Of a stretch of 64,000 nt of DNA, positions 1-10,381 are shown one piece after another. The notes below the pieces were generated by a model that searched no databases, was not told where the DNA came from, and was given only the letters and a program-made list of their open reading frames with translations. Both the position numbers and the translations under genes were made by a program. The first letter of the stretch is position 1. Each line of letters opens with the position of its first letter. Source of the DNA: Neoechinorhynchus agilis (taxonomy: Eukaryota; Animalia; Acanthocephala); NCBI GenBank assembly GCA_051530055.1, contig CM121342.1, positions 13,655,480-13,719,479 of the forward strand. Direction: 5' to 3'.

Positions 1-285
1 TTCAATTGAAATCAAACTACGAAGTTCGAATACGTTGATGATATTCTGTTACGAAGTTATGGTGGCAGGTTTAAAAAAGTTAAACTTGGATGTTTAAATG
101 TTGAGCAGGCAGACACAGTCTAATTATAAACTTGAGAAGAATATTCAGCACATTGCAGCAATACCTTATTTTAAACGCAATAGAAATCCAATAACTTTAA
201 AGGGTTTATACTTCGTTTCCGAAAAATATAACATTCCAATTTTTATTCTTGTACCCATTTGCAAGGACATATTTGCATTCCCATT

Positions 286-765
286 TCACTTGCCTTTATA
301 AGACTTGATTGCCGCGAGTGTCTTACTTTCACAATAACGGTGGGTACGATTTAAAGAGCACGTTTGGCCGACAGTAGCGGGTGTGGAAGACACAAAATTA
401 AGGAAAATGTTCTTAGCGTCGCTCAAGTGAATAATTGCTAAAAGAGGGAAATTAAGGTAAAGGTAAAACATGATCCTTAAGGTGTGTTCTCATGGCTGAT
501 AAGAAATTGCAATTATAGGGTTCTAAAATACAAGAAATTTAAATCACCTCTTCGCAAACCGTGAGGTATTCCATAGGTGTAAGTAAGTATATGCTGCAGA
601 TAATGAACTTTGGACTCAGTAAATTGAGCAGAGGATTAAATGGGCGACAAGGAGTTCCGTACAAGTATTTGTAGTCCACCGGAAAACCTTTGGTTGAACT
701 AGCAAGCCCGTGTATATGGAAGTCCCTTGGAACGATAAATAATCCGGAGATAGTTCTCCTATGTT
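286..765 (-). CDS. Probable exons of a multi-exon hypothetical gene running off the left edge
   Basis: An open exon-like stretch (~535-765, RTISGLFIVPRDFHIHG...VCEE) sits between an AG and a GT, followed by the 286-440 frame (IIHLSDAKNIF...). No family recognised. Confidence 0.3.
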
Positions 766-1135
766 TTGTAAAATATGTAAAGATTAACGAAATGTAAGCA
801 AAAATTTTGTAATATGAGATCCTTATACGTTGTTGTCATGATTTCCTGCCCCTAGGATGTAAAATATCTATAGAATCTGTACCGTTGGTGGATTTGTTGA
901 AATACAAGCGCTATATTAATGTGTAGGTTTGGAACAATGTTTGCATCCTAGTTTTAGAGCCTTAAAGTTCTCTTGAAGGTATTTCTGAAAAACCAAATGT
1001 AGCTCATTTTATCGCTCTCACAGCTCGAGCCTTTTCCGTTTCTCTCATTGAACTTCTTTAACCGCTTATATCCATTATATGCTCACCCACGAAAAAATAT
1101 TGCTTCCGAACGCATTCCGCGACCTTTATTTTCAG

Positions 1136-1831
1136 ATGATATCTTCCCCTGGCGACATGAGAATATGTCCATTTGATAGGTCTCATGCTATTAAAGCGTC
1201 AAGGTTCATAAATCACGTTTACAAATGCGCCCGCAGTCACGATAAGAAAATTTACTCCTGTCCTTACGTTTATGATCACTTATTTGCCACCGAAGACAAA
1301 CTCCGTCAGCATTTGAAGACGTGCCATATCAGTGGATCCAATAAGTTAGATCAATTTGTCGCTGGGGCGACCACTGTTGATCTCAATTCCATGGTTGTTA
1401 AAAATGAGGGGTGGAAATTTTATCAAGACAAAGCCATAAATTTTGACGTCGCCGCTGCCAAACCACCTCAACGATTCCCATCTCCAATTAAACCGGCTAT
1501 CCGATCAGCCCCCACCTCTTCCATTAACTCCGCATTAGCTTCTCCCCGCCTTGAGGAAGGCGAAATCGTAGACTTAAATGTAAAAGGGAAGTTCGTAGGT
1601 AGCGCTAATAACGGCGGCCTCAATAATCGACGATCTCCGAAATTGGTTCGACGTGGACGCGGTCAAGGTTTGCGCAAATTCACCGAGGAAACGTCCAAGC
1701 AAACCGATGTACGGTTACTTGAAAATGAGCAGAAAAAGGACGAAATCCAAGCGAAAAATTGTTTTAAGACAGGCGGATTTCAGAGAATGAACAACTGTTA
1801 TAACGAAATCAGTGACGAAGACCTCTGTTGA
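1136..1831 (+). CDS. GTSF1: GTSF1/Asterix-like protein with two CHHC (U11-48K) zinc fingers; intronless
   Basis: CPFDRSHAIKASRFINHVYKC and CPYVYDHLFATEDKLRQHLKTC match the tandem CHHC finger pattern. The likely start ATG at 1136 directly follows TTTTCAG. Confidence 0.75.
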   Translation: MISSPGDMRICPFDRSHAIKASRFINHVYKCARSHDKKIYSCPYVYDHLFATEDKLRQHLKTCHISGSNKLDQFVAGATTVDLNSMVVKNEGWKFYQDKAINFDVAAAKPPQRFPSPIKPAIRSAPTSSINSALASPRLEEGEIVDLNVKGKFVGSANNGGLNNRRSPKLVRRGRGQGLRKFTEETSKQTDVRLLENEQKKDEIQAKNCFKTGGFQRMNNCYNEISDEDLC

Positions 1832-2199
1832 ACGCATGTTTGCGTTCTTGGCTTGACGAGAATTTTCGGAATTGCCATTTTTAAATTTTTTAAAGTAGAA
1901 AAGGGCTTGTGGCAATTACTGGGTCTTACGTTGCGCTCAAGATTTAAATGTATTAATAGTTGATAGCGTCAAAAGTTTAAATGCTTTGAAATGGGTAAAA
2001 AAGTGACGGCAAGGTATTTCGTTCCGACAAAATAGAAAGCTGTTTTAAGATTTAACTATCAATGCTTGTTTATTACGTAAAAATTAAAGGAATTTATTAA
2101 ATCTGATATTCCGGAGGCACAATATCGTGCTTTTATTGAGGTTTTTATTGCTTCACACTTAAAGACTTACAAGTTTGTACAAAAATACCCAGGTCAAAA

Positions 2200-2448
2200 A
2201 CAGAAACAAAATTAATTATGATGGTGAACTGACGGAAAAAATTATGAATATATTAATCAGAATTTTCGACCAATGCGTTGGTCTTCTTCAGTGATTGTTT
2301 TCGGATTTCTCGAACTTTCCTCCGAAAACAATCACTGAAGAAGACCAACGCATTGGTCGAAAATTCTGATTAATATATTCATAATTTTTTCCGTCAGTTC
2401 ACCATCATAATTAATTCCTAAATGAATATCTACACAGAAACAAAATTA
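2200..2448. mobile_element. Palindromic hammerhead-bearing mini-element (Penelope pLTR-derived fold-back) with 15-bp TSD
   Basis: Perfect inverted arms 2210-2305 / 2321-2416 with a 15-nt spacer. Direct repeat ACAGAAACAAAATTA at 2200-2214 and 2434-2448. Confidence 0.85.
2330..2371 (+). ncRNA. Minimal type I hammerhead ribozyme (mirror copy on - strand 2255-2296)
   Basis: AATCA-CTGAAGA-A-GACCAA(CGCA)TTGGTC-GAAA-AT-TC-TGATT: intact core, 6-bp stem II, 5-bp stem I, palindromic stem III (AATT), predicted cleavage after C2366. Confidence 0.9.
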
Positions 2449-2949
2449 CCGCAACGATGAAAACAGCCAAGAGAATCTATTCATCATTAGTCGCTAAAGT
2501 GTTTAAAATTTACACCATGGGTAACATTATCTTTCAAAAATAAAAAGATGAAATATTTCTCAAATGTAAATTTGATTTACGAAGTAACAATTGTTTTCCA
2601 GGTAAATGATCAGTGATAAAAATCTTTTCGTTTTTGAAAAGTACTGCATAATTTCCGTATTCATTGGATTGCACCTCAATAGAATTCATCTTAATTTATT
2701 TACATGTCTATTTTTTGTAATTCCGTGCTTGTACCCTTCAATTTTATTGGGTACGAGCGATATCGCACGCATTTTCGTTATCAAAGTTCATGAAATGCAG
2801 ACTTTTTCATTTTACGACAAAGAATTCAACACTTAAGAGAGCAAAAAAGAAAATGCGATCCAATTCAAAATTTCCAAATAGGTTGTCGAGAATAAATTAA
2901 GATTTTTATTTCAAAAGAGAATTAGTTCGATTGTCTTATAGCTTAATTT

Positions 2950-3588
2950 TTAGATGCTATCGAGCTTCTTCCACACCTCCTCCACCGAAGGTTGATTCTT
3001 GAAATATTCGTTTAGTTCTGGCAAGGCTTCGACTAATTTTCGATTCTCGGCAGCAAATTTGTCTTGTACTTTCTCTCGAATGAACATGTACACAGAACTA
3101 TAGAAACCATAGATGTATAGATCCGCATAAGTTAATTTATCCGTTATTATATGGCCTTTGTTGCCGTACAGACCGGCGAGTTTTTGAAGCGATTTGTCTA
3201 GATTAGGAAGTTCGTGTTTCGTGAATGCCAGCGCCCTTTCTTTTCGTCCTTCTTGTGAAGAATAGACTGTGCCAATGAATTTACCGAGATATTCGTCCAC
3301 GACACATAGAACAGCATCGCATCGAGCCGCATCGATATCGGTATTTCCACTTATTCCATGTTTTTCTCCTAAATAGCGAATAATCGCGCTTGTCTCGAAT
3401 AAAAGATCTTCGTTTACTTTGAGCACCGGGACTTTGTTCAATGGCATTTGGTTTTTGTATTTTCGGATCCATTCATCTTGGCCGAATCGAACATCCTTGA
3501 AATCCTGTCCGACCGCAGAAAGTGTGAGTCGGATCACCTCGGCTCGTCCTGGAAAGTCGAAGTAGTAGAGAACGTAGTTGGAAGGCAT
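2950..3588 (-). CDS. Glutathione S-transferase, sigma-class-like; intronless
   Basis: YVLYYFDFPGRAEVIR (catalytic Tyr), KVPVL, ETSAIIRYLG and KLTYADL motifs; 212 aa. Confidence 0.95.
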   Translation of the reverse strand: MPSNYVLYYFDFPGRAEVIRLTLSAVGQDFKDVRFGQDEWIRKYKNQMPLNKVPVLKVNEDLLFETSAIIRYLGEKHGISGNTDIDAARCDAVLCVVDEYLGKFIGTVYSSQEGRKERALAFTKHELPNLDKSLQKLAGLYGNKGHIITDKLTYADLYIYGFYSSVYMFIREKVQDKFAAENRKLVEALPELNEYFKNQPSVEEVWKKLDSI

Positions 3589-4101
3589 CGCTTATAATTG
3601 TACGAATCTTTCATAAAACTCGACTTTGTCATAAGTATAAATGAACGAAAGAGGTTGATTCACCGTTTTAAGCTTCACTTGCTAAACCCTTCGCTGAAAT
3701 GCCAAGTAAACTTTGACTCATTTGTGACACGTGTGATGATGCTTAAGCATCAAAAAGCAAAGAATTTCGACTACAAAATTACGCCGGGTTGTTCGATATC
3801 AAAAGTTCTAACTCAAGAATATTTCAATTTATATTGACCTCGTTGGTTAGAGCGATGTTCTTAGTAAAATTTGCTTAGAATAACAGAAATAATGATTTTA
3901 TTCAGTGTCGCAATAAAGCTTGCACTTAATGAACGTTTTTGGACAAAAGATTTCGCCGTAGTTTCGATTATTGCTCTAAATTTGATGCCCTTTCCGAAAG
4001 ATAATTAAAGCAAACTTTTTTAACATTTTTGTCAGCAATACAATGAATGCATAAGCGTTCGAGTTTTTAATCCGCAGATTTACAATCGTTTTGTAAACAG
4101 T

Positions 4102-4632
4102 TCACTTTGAAAAGTTTAATTTTAACCTTTTCGTTCTTAGCAGTCTTCGTTCATTGTCCCAATTTTGACTAAGTCTACGGATATGGCAGGAGGTGTTAAA
4201 AGTCTTTGTTTTCTTGCCCGTCGTCTGAAAAGTTTTATTGCCTCTAGATGATTCGTATTCTTTAATAATATCCATAATTTTGGGAGCTTCTTTGTTTGTA
4301 TTTGTCTTCGATTCGAGTAATTTCTTGTCCATATATTCCCAGACGGGCATTATCTCGTTTGGTTTTCTTACCAGAGTTTCCGAAATATAGTCACGATTGT
4401 AAAATGAATAATCTTTTTCGAAGAGACCAAAGCGCGTCGCTCACATTTTTCTTTTTTCGTCGTTTGCCACAAGTCTTGATAATCGGTTGTCTTCGCTCCA
4501 CCACGAATTATCCATATTATTCCGATTTTCCCAATAGTCATCTTGATGTCTTTTTAAGGCTTGGCAATATCGGCTAAACGTTTTAAGACTTTTATTTGCT
4601 CGCTCAAAGTGAAAACGTCTTCGGTTGTTCAT
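4102..4632 (-). CDS. Hypothetical protein, probably spliced (two ORF segments)
   Basis: ORFs 4441-4632 and 4102-4350 are on the same strand, separated by a short intron-sized gap. No family recognised. Confidence 0.4.
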
Positions 4633-4665
4633 CGTACACGATTATTTGCAGTGAGCAGTTATTTA

Positions 4666-5048
4666 TGGATCAAAAGTGAAAGAACGATTGTGCAAGGTCT
4701 TTACTTTGTTCGATTTCGTAGAAAAGGAGAGTAGTTCAAAGTATAATGAACTAGAACACAGAATTGTTGAATGCGTACTTACCCGTGAACTCGCAAACCA
4801 AAATTCACAGCAAGAAACATTTGCGGCAATTCTATTGGCTGCCCAAATGGCTTCCCACCAAAGCGTAACTCATTTGCCGGATTGTTTCTGCGCCGATTCA
4901 AAAATAGTCAAAGCAAACGACGTTGACCGCAAAGTGCTCTGTGGGAAATTTGCAATTTTAATTTTGTCGAATGCTTTTTGGGCCTTTGATGTTATTTAAC
5001 AGGAGGCTTTGCGGTCTCAGATTCCTATTACGTTGACGAAGAATCATG
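4666..5048 (+). CDS. Hypothetical protein; ATG at 4666 is one base out of frame with the main ORF
   Basis: Helical-looking ORF 4676-4999, with a likely short intron ending at TAACAG before a final exon. ATGGATCAAAAGTG would join the ORF with one extra A. Confidence 0.4.
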
Positions 5049-5413
5049 AAATATTTTCTTGTCTCGCTGACCTATTATCAAAGTAATGCAAAAATTTCAT
5101 ATCACTATTTTTTTGATGAAATTTACAATACAGCAAATAAAATTAACTAAAGTAAAATTCAAAGTATAATAAAGAATCAAGGGTCGCCCATGAACTCAAG
5201 ATCGCAATTTTCGCATGAATTTAAATAAATATACTTATGTTTTTAATTTTACTTAACTCGAAAATCTCGAATGGTCACTAAATATGAGGCGTCGGAATGG
5301 GCGCCTCATTCTTAAAACAATGCCGATTTTCGAAATACAGCTGAAATCGCCAATAATTGTATTGCACACTTTGGTTCAGAATAGAACTATTGACCACATT
5401 GCTTGTATTTGCC

Positions 5414-6181
5414 TCAAATCCACCTACATCTTCGATTGTTGTCATGTTCTGGGCTGACTCGATGTTGCTTTGCTGGACGGACTTCTGATTTCGACAGGAA
5501 TGAACGCTTCCGCGTAGTATAGTTCGATGCTAATAAATGGCCGCTGGATCCTGGCGATTGAATGAAGACCGGCAAAGTCGGCCTCGAAGTTGAAAGCTGG
5601 TCAGCACTGTTAAATACGGGACAACGTTGTCGTTTCGGTGGACAGCTTTCCGCAGTTGACATGAAATGGCGTTTCGTCGGTGTGAAATTCGGAGTCGGTA
5701 AAAGACCATTGCGATTCTGGGGAATGTAGCTCGCTTTTCGTGGTCTCATTTTTGGAGTTGGAAGGAGAGGTGGTCGTTCATTGTAACGTCGAGGAATTGA
5801 CGGTTTGGTGTAAAAGAACTTCCAATTGTCTGGAATAGTGATGGACCGTTTTAACCACCAATACTCCTCGTCTGTTAATGTCTTCTGATTTCGCTCCGGA
5901 TCATAATCTGGGTTGTAGTATACACCGATGCCATATTTTTCTCGCATTTCATCCCTCGTTTCAATAGACCTTATTGTTTCCAACCTTTTCGAGTGGCAGT
6001 AGTCTGCCCAAGTAACTTTTCTGGGGTTTCGGGGGCGAGTGCGATTGGAACTGTCTCGTTTGAATAAAATTCCTTTAGGCGATATTGGCTTGCCAGCAGG
6101 ATGCTCAGTGTCTGTCGGAGTGATAAAGATGCGTTCAGAAATCTTTGCCTGAATATCGGTTATGGCTTGTTTCTCCTCCAT
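5414..6181 (-). CDS. Intronless, largely disordered protein with candidate PP1-docking motifs
   Basis: 257-aa ORF. KGILFKR (SILK-like) precedes RKVTWAD...L..IR (RVxF/W-type), followed by a Pro/Arg-rich tail. Confidence 0.65.
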   Translation of the reverse strand: MEEKQAITDIQAKISERIFITPTDTEHPAGKPISPKGILFKRDSSNRTRPRNPRKVTWADYCHSKRLETIRSIETRDEMREKYGIGVYYNPDYDPERNQKTLTDEEYWWLKRSITIPDNWKFFYTKPSIPRRYNERPPLLPTPKMRPRKASYIPQNRNGLLPTPNFTPTKRHFMSTAESCPPKRQRCPVFNSADQLSTSRPTLPVFIQSPGSSGHLLASNYTTRKRSFLSKSEVRPAKQHRVSPEHDNNRRCRWI

Positions 6182-6879
6182 TATCACCGAATAATTAATT
6201 TAGCCGCTTATTTGAAAAACTGGAATGTTTGTTGCTGGTATGATGCAAGTGTTATAGGTTTCGCGTTTTAAAGAGATGAAGACCTAGTTAATCTGTGCAG
6301 CGATAAATAAAGGTGAAAAATTGACAAACAAGCAAATATTTTCCTCAAAACATTATTTTTCTTGTTATGCTTTATTTTGCAAACAAGAATTGTCGCCTTT
6401 GTTATGTTTTTCACGCGGACACAATCATAACTTCTGATGAGCACAAAACAACTTGTTTTGCGAAAACTGGTAAAAAATCATTAGCGATTGAAGGTCCAAG
6501 ATCAAAGCCAGCGCAGGATTCGCGAAAGTTCTGTCATTCAGCACATTGTTAGCCAAATTTTTCCATAAAAATACTTTTTACATTTTTAATCCGTTCTTAA
6601 TCTGCAGATCATTTTCGATTGACAAAAACAACTTAATGGTTAGTAAAAAGAACTAATTAAAAGTACCATTGTTGTTATTTAGATTCCAGTAAATTGTATT
6701 TCCCCTTAAATCCTTCAAAAATGCAGCTCAATAAACCGAATAAAAATTTAGCGTTAACGAATCTTATATTGATAGTTAAAAATTTACAGATAAGACATCG
6801 CTTTTATTAAAAATCAGACCACAAATTGATCGGAAATCTTATGCAGAGTTTGAATAAGCATAAAAAGTACACAAGTGCA

Positions 6880-6960
6880 CAAGAATTCGCTTGAATCAAC
6901 TATGCGATTTTATTCGCTTGCAAGAATTCGCTAGAGTCAAGAATACGATTTTATTCGCTT
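6880..6960. repeat. Imperfect ~41-bp tandem duplication
   Basis: CAAGAATTCGCT...CGATTTTATTCGCTT occurs twice in tandem. Confidence 0.8.
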
Positions 6961-7029
6961 TTCTGTTCGAGTGATAGCTAATCACTTAATCGCATTAGCT
7001 CACAAAAACTATTGACGATCAATTTTATC

Positions 7030-8173
7030 TTAAATTAGGGTTTTTTTCCATCTGAGCGCGGTCAAGTAAGTGTTTCTGAGAAGCATTGCGACGGTCACTG
7101 GTCCAACACCACCAGGAACAGGTGTTATCCACTGAGCGATCTCACTAACATCGTCAAAATCAACATCGCCAATCATTTGTCCGCCGTCTGTCCTTGAGAA
7201 GCCAACATCGATTACAATGCAACCAGGGCGACAGTGTTTGCGCTGAACTATTTTCGGTGATCCGGCAGCTGAAACAATCACGTCCGACTGTTTAAGCTGA
7301 AGAGAAAAAGCGGTTAAGCTTCTCATGGTTCATTGAAACTTACGATGTCAAATCCTGAACTAGTGGTCACCTCGTTCACTGTTCCCATCCCAATAACTCG
7401 CAGAAGTCGATAGATTGGTACACCAGAGACTCGTCCTTGACCAATGACACTGGCTACCATTTCAGGGTAATTAAGATCACCTTTAATGGAGTTATTCAAG
7501 ACAAATGAGAAAAACCGGAGCCCGTCCACCTGTGTATTCCAAACATCTCAGGACGGCGAGGGCGGTTGCGGAGATCGTCGGTTCATCATGGTTTTGCGGA
7601 TAATTGTCTATAAGCGACAGATTCGCATCGCATAGACTAAATCGTACGATGAGTGCAAAAATTCAAGCCAACTAAAGTACCCGTCAACATCCTTTACAGT
7701 CGAAATGGCATTAAAGAGACGGTAAGAATCAATTCCCTCAGGTAAAGGGGTTTGAAGCACAATTGCATGTACGTCCACGTCCGTATTCCAGCGATTTATA
7801 GTTCTTAATATCTTTAATTTCATAGAACTATTGAACAACACCTAAACCTGATATTGTTTACCTCTTCTTCATCCGTGGTTTCGGGAAGCCTCAAGACGTT
7901 CACTTGAATTCCTACCGATTGCGCGACACGCTGTTTCAGACGAATATAAGTATCGGATTGCCATGCGTTATCGACCTTTTATAGGCTTTTTAGTTGCAAA
8001 ATGAAGTTCCATCTTACTTGCAATATGTTAAGTCGAGGCGTAAAGCCAAGTTTAGAGATATCCAACCTTAGGCGGGCTAATATTTCACTGAGAATACAGA
8101 ATATAATCAATAGAAAGAAGCTATTCCGAAACACCAACCGTGCAATTAATCTTCCATCAATAATTTTTGCCAT
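7030..8173 (-). CDS. Stand-alone methylenetetrahydrofolate dehydrogenase/cyclohydrolase (FolD/MTHFD-type), multi-exon
   Basis: MAKIIDG, YIRLK, VLQTPLP, KDVDG, DVIVSAAG, VIDVG, GDVDF and ITPVPGGVGPVTVAMLLRN are spread over exons separated by ~50-nt GT-AG introns. Confidence 0.93.
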
Positions 8174-8284
8174 CACTTATGATCTGAAAAGTGAAATAAG
8201 CGTCGAATTATTTGCAAAATTAATGACAGGAGATCGCTAGATCAAACACGAAGGTGTGAATTTTTTCAACAAAATAGAATTTAC

Positions 8285-9600
8285 AAACATTCCCGCCACC
8301 GCCCTGGATCACTCAGCTGCCGTCCTTGTGTTATGGTCGAAATGACGGAACAGGCTTATGTATTGCACAAGGAATGCTCCAGCCCCCGGATCGCCAGTGA
8401 TTCGTCTCATTTTCTTCGACAATTGCTTGACCAGGTCCTGCGCCGCGGTACCAAACGACCCGAGTGCCTCGATGATTTCGACAAAATTCCCTGTATTTGG
8501 TATTTTGGGGATCCTTATTGGCGGTTGCTACTCCCCCCGGTTTAGCAGCCGCGAATTTTATGTGGCTGGCTGCGAATAACGTGTCAGAGAAGGCATTTGC
8601 TTTCTCGCCACGGGAATACTGCGACAGCGTCCGGTCTGCGGCCATCGAGTCGGCAAAGATTGCTGGGCTCCAGGGTGTGGGGCGCATATACACTATTCAG
8701 GGCACGACTAAGAATCGCGTTCACTTCGGTGTTGCCGATGGACGACACCATGGCACCCCGATGGTCCCAGGGTAACTCCGCAACGGCAGCGATGGGATGT
8801 GCACATCGGAACCCCAAGTCTCAGTTACACTGCAATCCTTACTGTTTCCTCGGAGAGAAGGGTACCCACAGAAGCGATTGGGATAGCGTTGAGCCAAACA
8901 CCCGATTCTCTTGTAGAGACTGCCGCCAATCGAGTTCGGTTTACCAGGTCACGAGAATCTGAAACTAAAGAATTATGAATTCTCGCTACCAGGAGTTAGT
9001 CGCAGCTCGTTACCGGAATCTTCACATCAAAGATTAACAGTCCTCACAAAATGTTCATCCAAAGTGTAATTCTCGCCAAGAAAAGACTGAACTATTTTGC
9101 GGCTTGCTTCAACGCAAAGAGACGCATCCACGACAACTCTGGGTTAGCCCTTATGCATTCTATCAATAGAGAAGTGAATCTCATTGCGACCTGATATCGC
9201 GCACCCCCTGGGAATCTTTTCAGAAGATTCCTGAGCACCACGCGAGCATAATATTCCTCACAAATGGAACATAATTTTGCAGTGTTGCCCCGCATTATTA
9301 ATGGACTTCGGGGTGAACCAGAACCGCCCCAGAACTATTATTTTCGTCACTGTGAAAACTCCACGAACCTCAAGCTCCGTCGTTGGTGAAGTTGAAAGTG
9401 TCAAATTGATGTTGTTTGCTTCACGTTTTTGGAAGTTTCCATCCTCATCCATGTTCGGAGCGAAGAGAGTGGGCGGCATCGTTTTCGTCGGTTATGGCAT
9501 CGGTCTCGTCGTTGGTGGCAATGTACAATCATTAAACAACATGACTTTGATGCCTCGTAGTGTTACATTTTTGAAATTACGATTAATGTTACCGAAACCT
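8285..9600 (-). mobile_element. Decayed, internally deleted CRE-like non-LTR retrotransposon (RLE type)
   Basis: RFPGGARYQVA... (pre-RT region), ESGVWLNAIPIASVGTLL...RLGVPMC..HRCRCG (zinc knuckle), LEPSNLCRLDGRRPD...FPW (PD..D/ExK nuclease); contains stops and frameshifts. Confidence 0.8.
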
Positions 9601-10381
9601 TAGCGAAGGCCAAAAATCAATTGAAGGAACTTTTCGATAATAGGAACTTTCTTCTTAGTCACCATTTCTCTTATGTTGTCATCGTTATTACAAATGTTTC
9701 TGACGTTCAATTTGGACGTCTTGATGCTTTGTGAGGACCGCGAAAATTCTAAGAAGCAATGCACTTAAAAATGAAACGTAAATCGGTATGCAAAAGGTTT
9801 CAAAAACAATCAATGACTATATCTATTTTTAATGGCGTAATCTTGAATGTGGACGCTCGCATAGAAATACCATGTTGTTGCATACAAAAATCCTAAATAA
9901 GTATGTTAATTTCTTCGATAAAGGTGCAACTTCAACCGCCAAATGTATAATCTTAAAAGTCGGTCAGCGATTTAAAAAGTCTTAAAATTATTCAACGTTG
10001 TCTCAGAAACTTATAGAATCTCCAAAGAAGCGTTCATTTCCGATAAAATCAAATTGTGTTTCGCTAAAATAATCAGTGAATCTCAAAAGGTAAGTGATTT
10101 CCTTAACTGGGATCGCCAAAATTAATCTCGACCAATAAACGCGATAAGAGCAGAAGAAGTGATTTGGAGCCAATCAGTATGGCCATTTATTTTGAAAACT
10201 AAGGAAGGTGTTTATCGGCGAGATATTTTTTATTCCGCTATTTTTTTATCCCGATTTCAAAATAAAATTTCTGAATAATTCATATAAATGCTTTTAAAGT
10301 TTTTGAAATAAATAACTTCGATTTGTGAGTAGCATCCAAAGACGCTTACACAGACTGGATAAAAGATTAGGACTAGGATCG

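Noticed and set aside
3841-3860. GTTGGTTAGAGCG resembling a tRNA D-arm
   Set aside because: No anticodon arm, T-arm (GTTCRA) or acceptor stem follows.
5283-5309. 10-bp stem hairpin ATGAGGCGTC/GGCGCCTCAT as terminator or histone-type stem-loop
   Set aside because: Eukaryotic context, no U-tract and no match to the histone stem-loop consensus; isolated.
6434-6470. CTGATGA-stem-GAAA hammerhead-like core
   Set aside because: Stem II is plausible, but no stem I or stem III/UH pairing can be formed in type I, II or III topology. Chance or very decayed.
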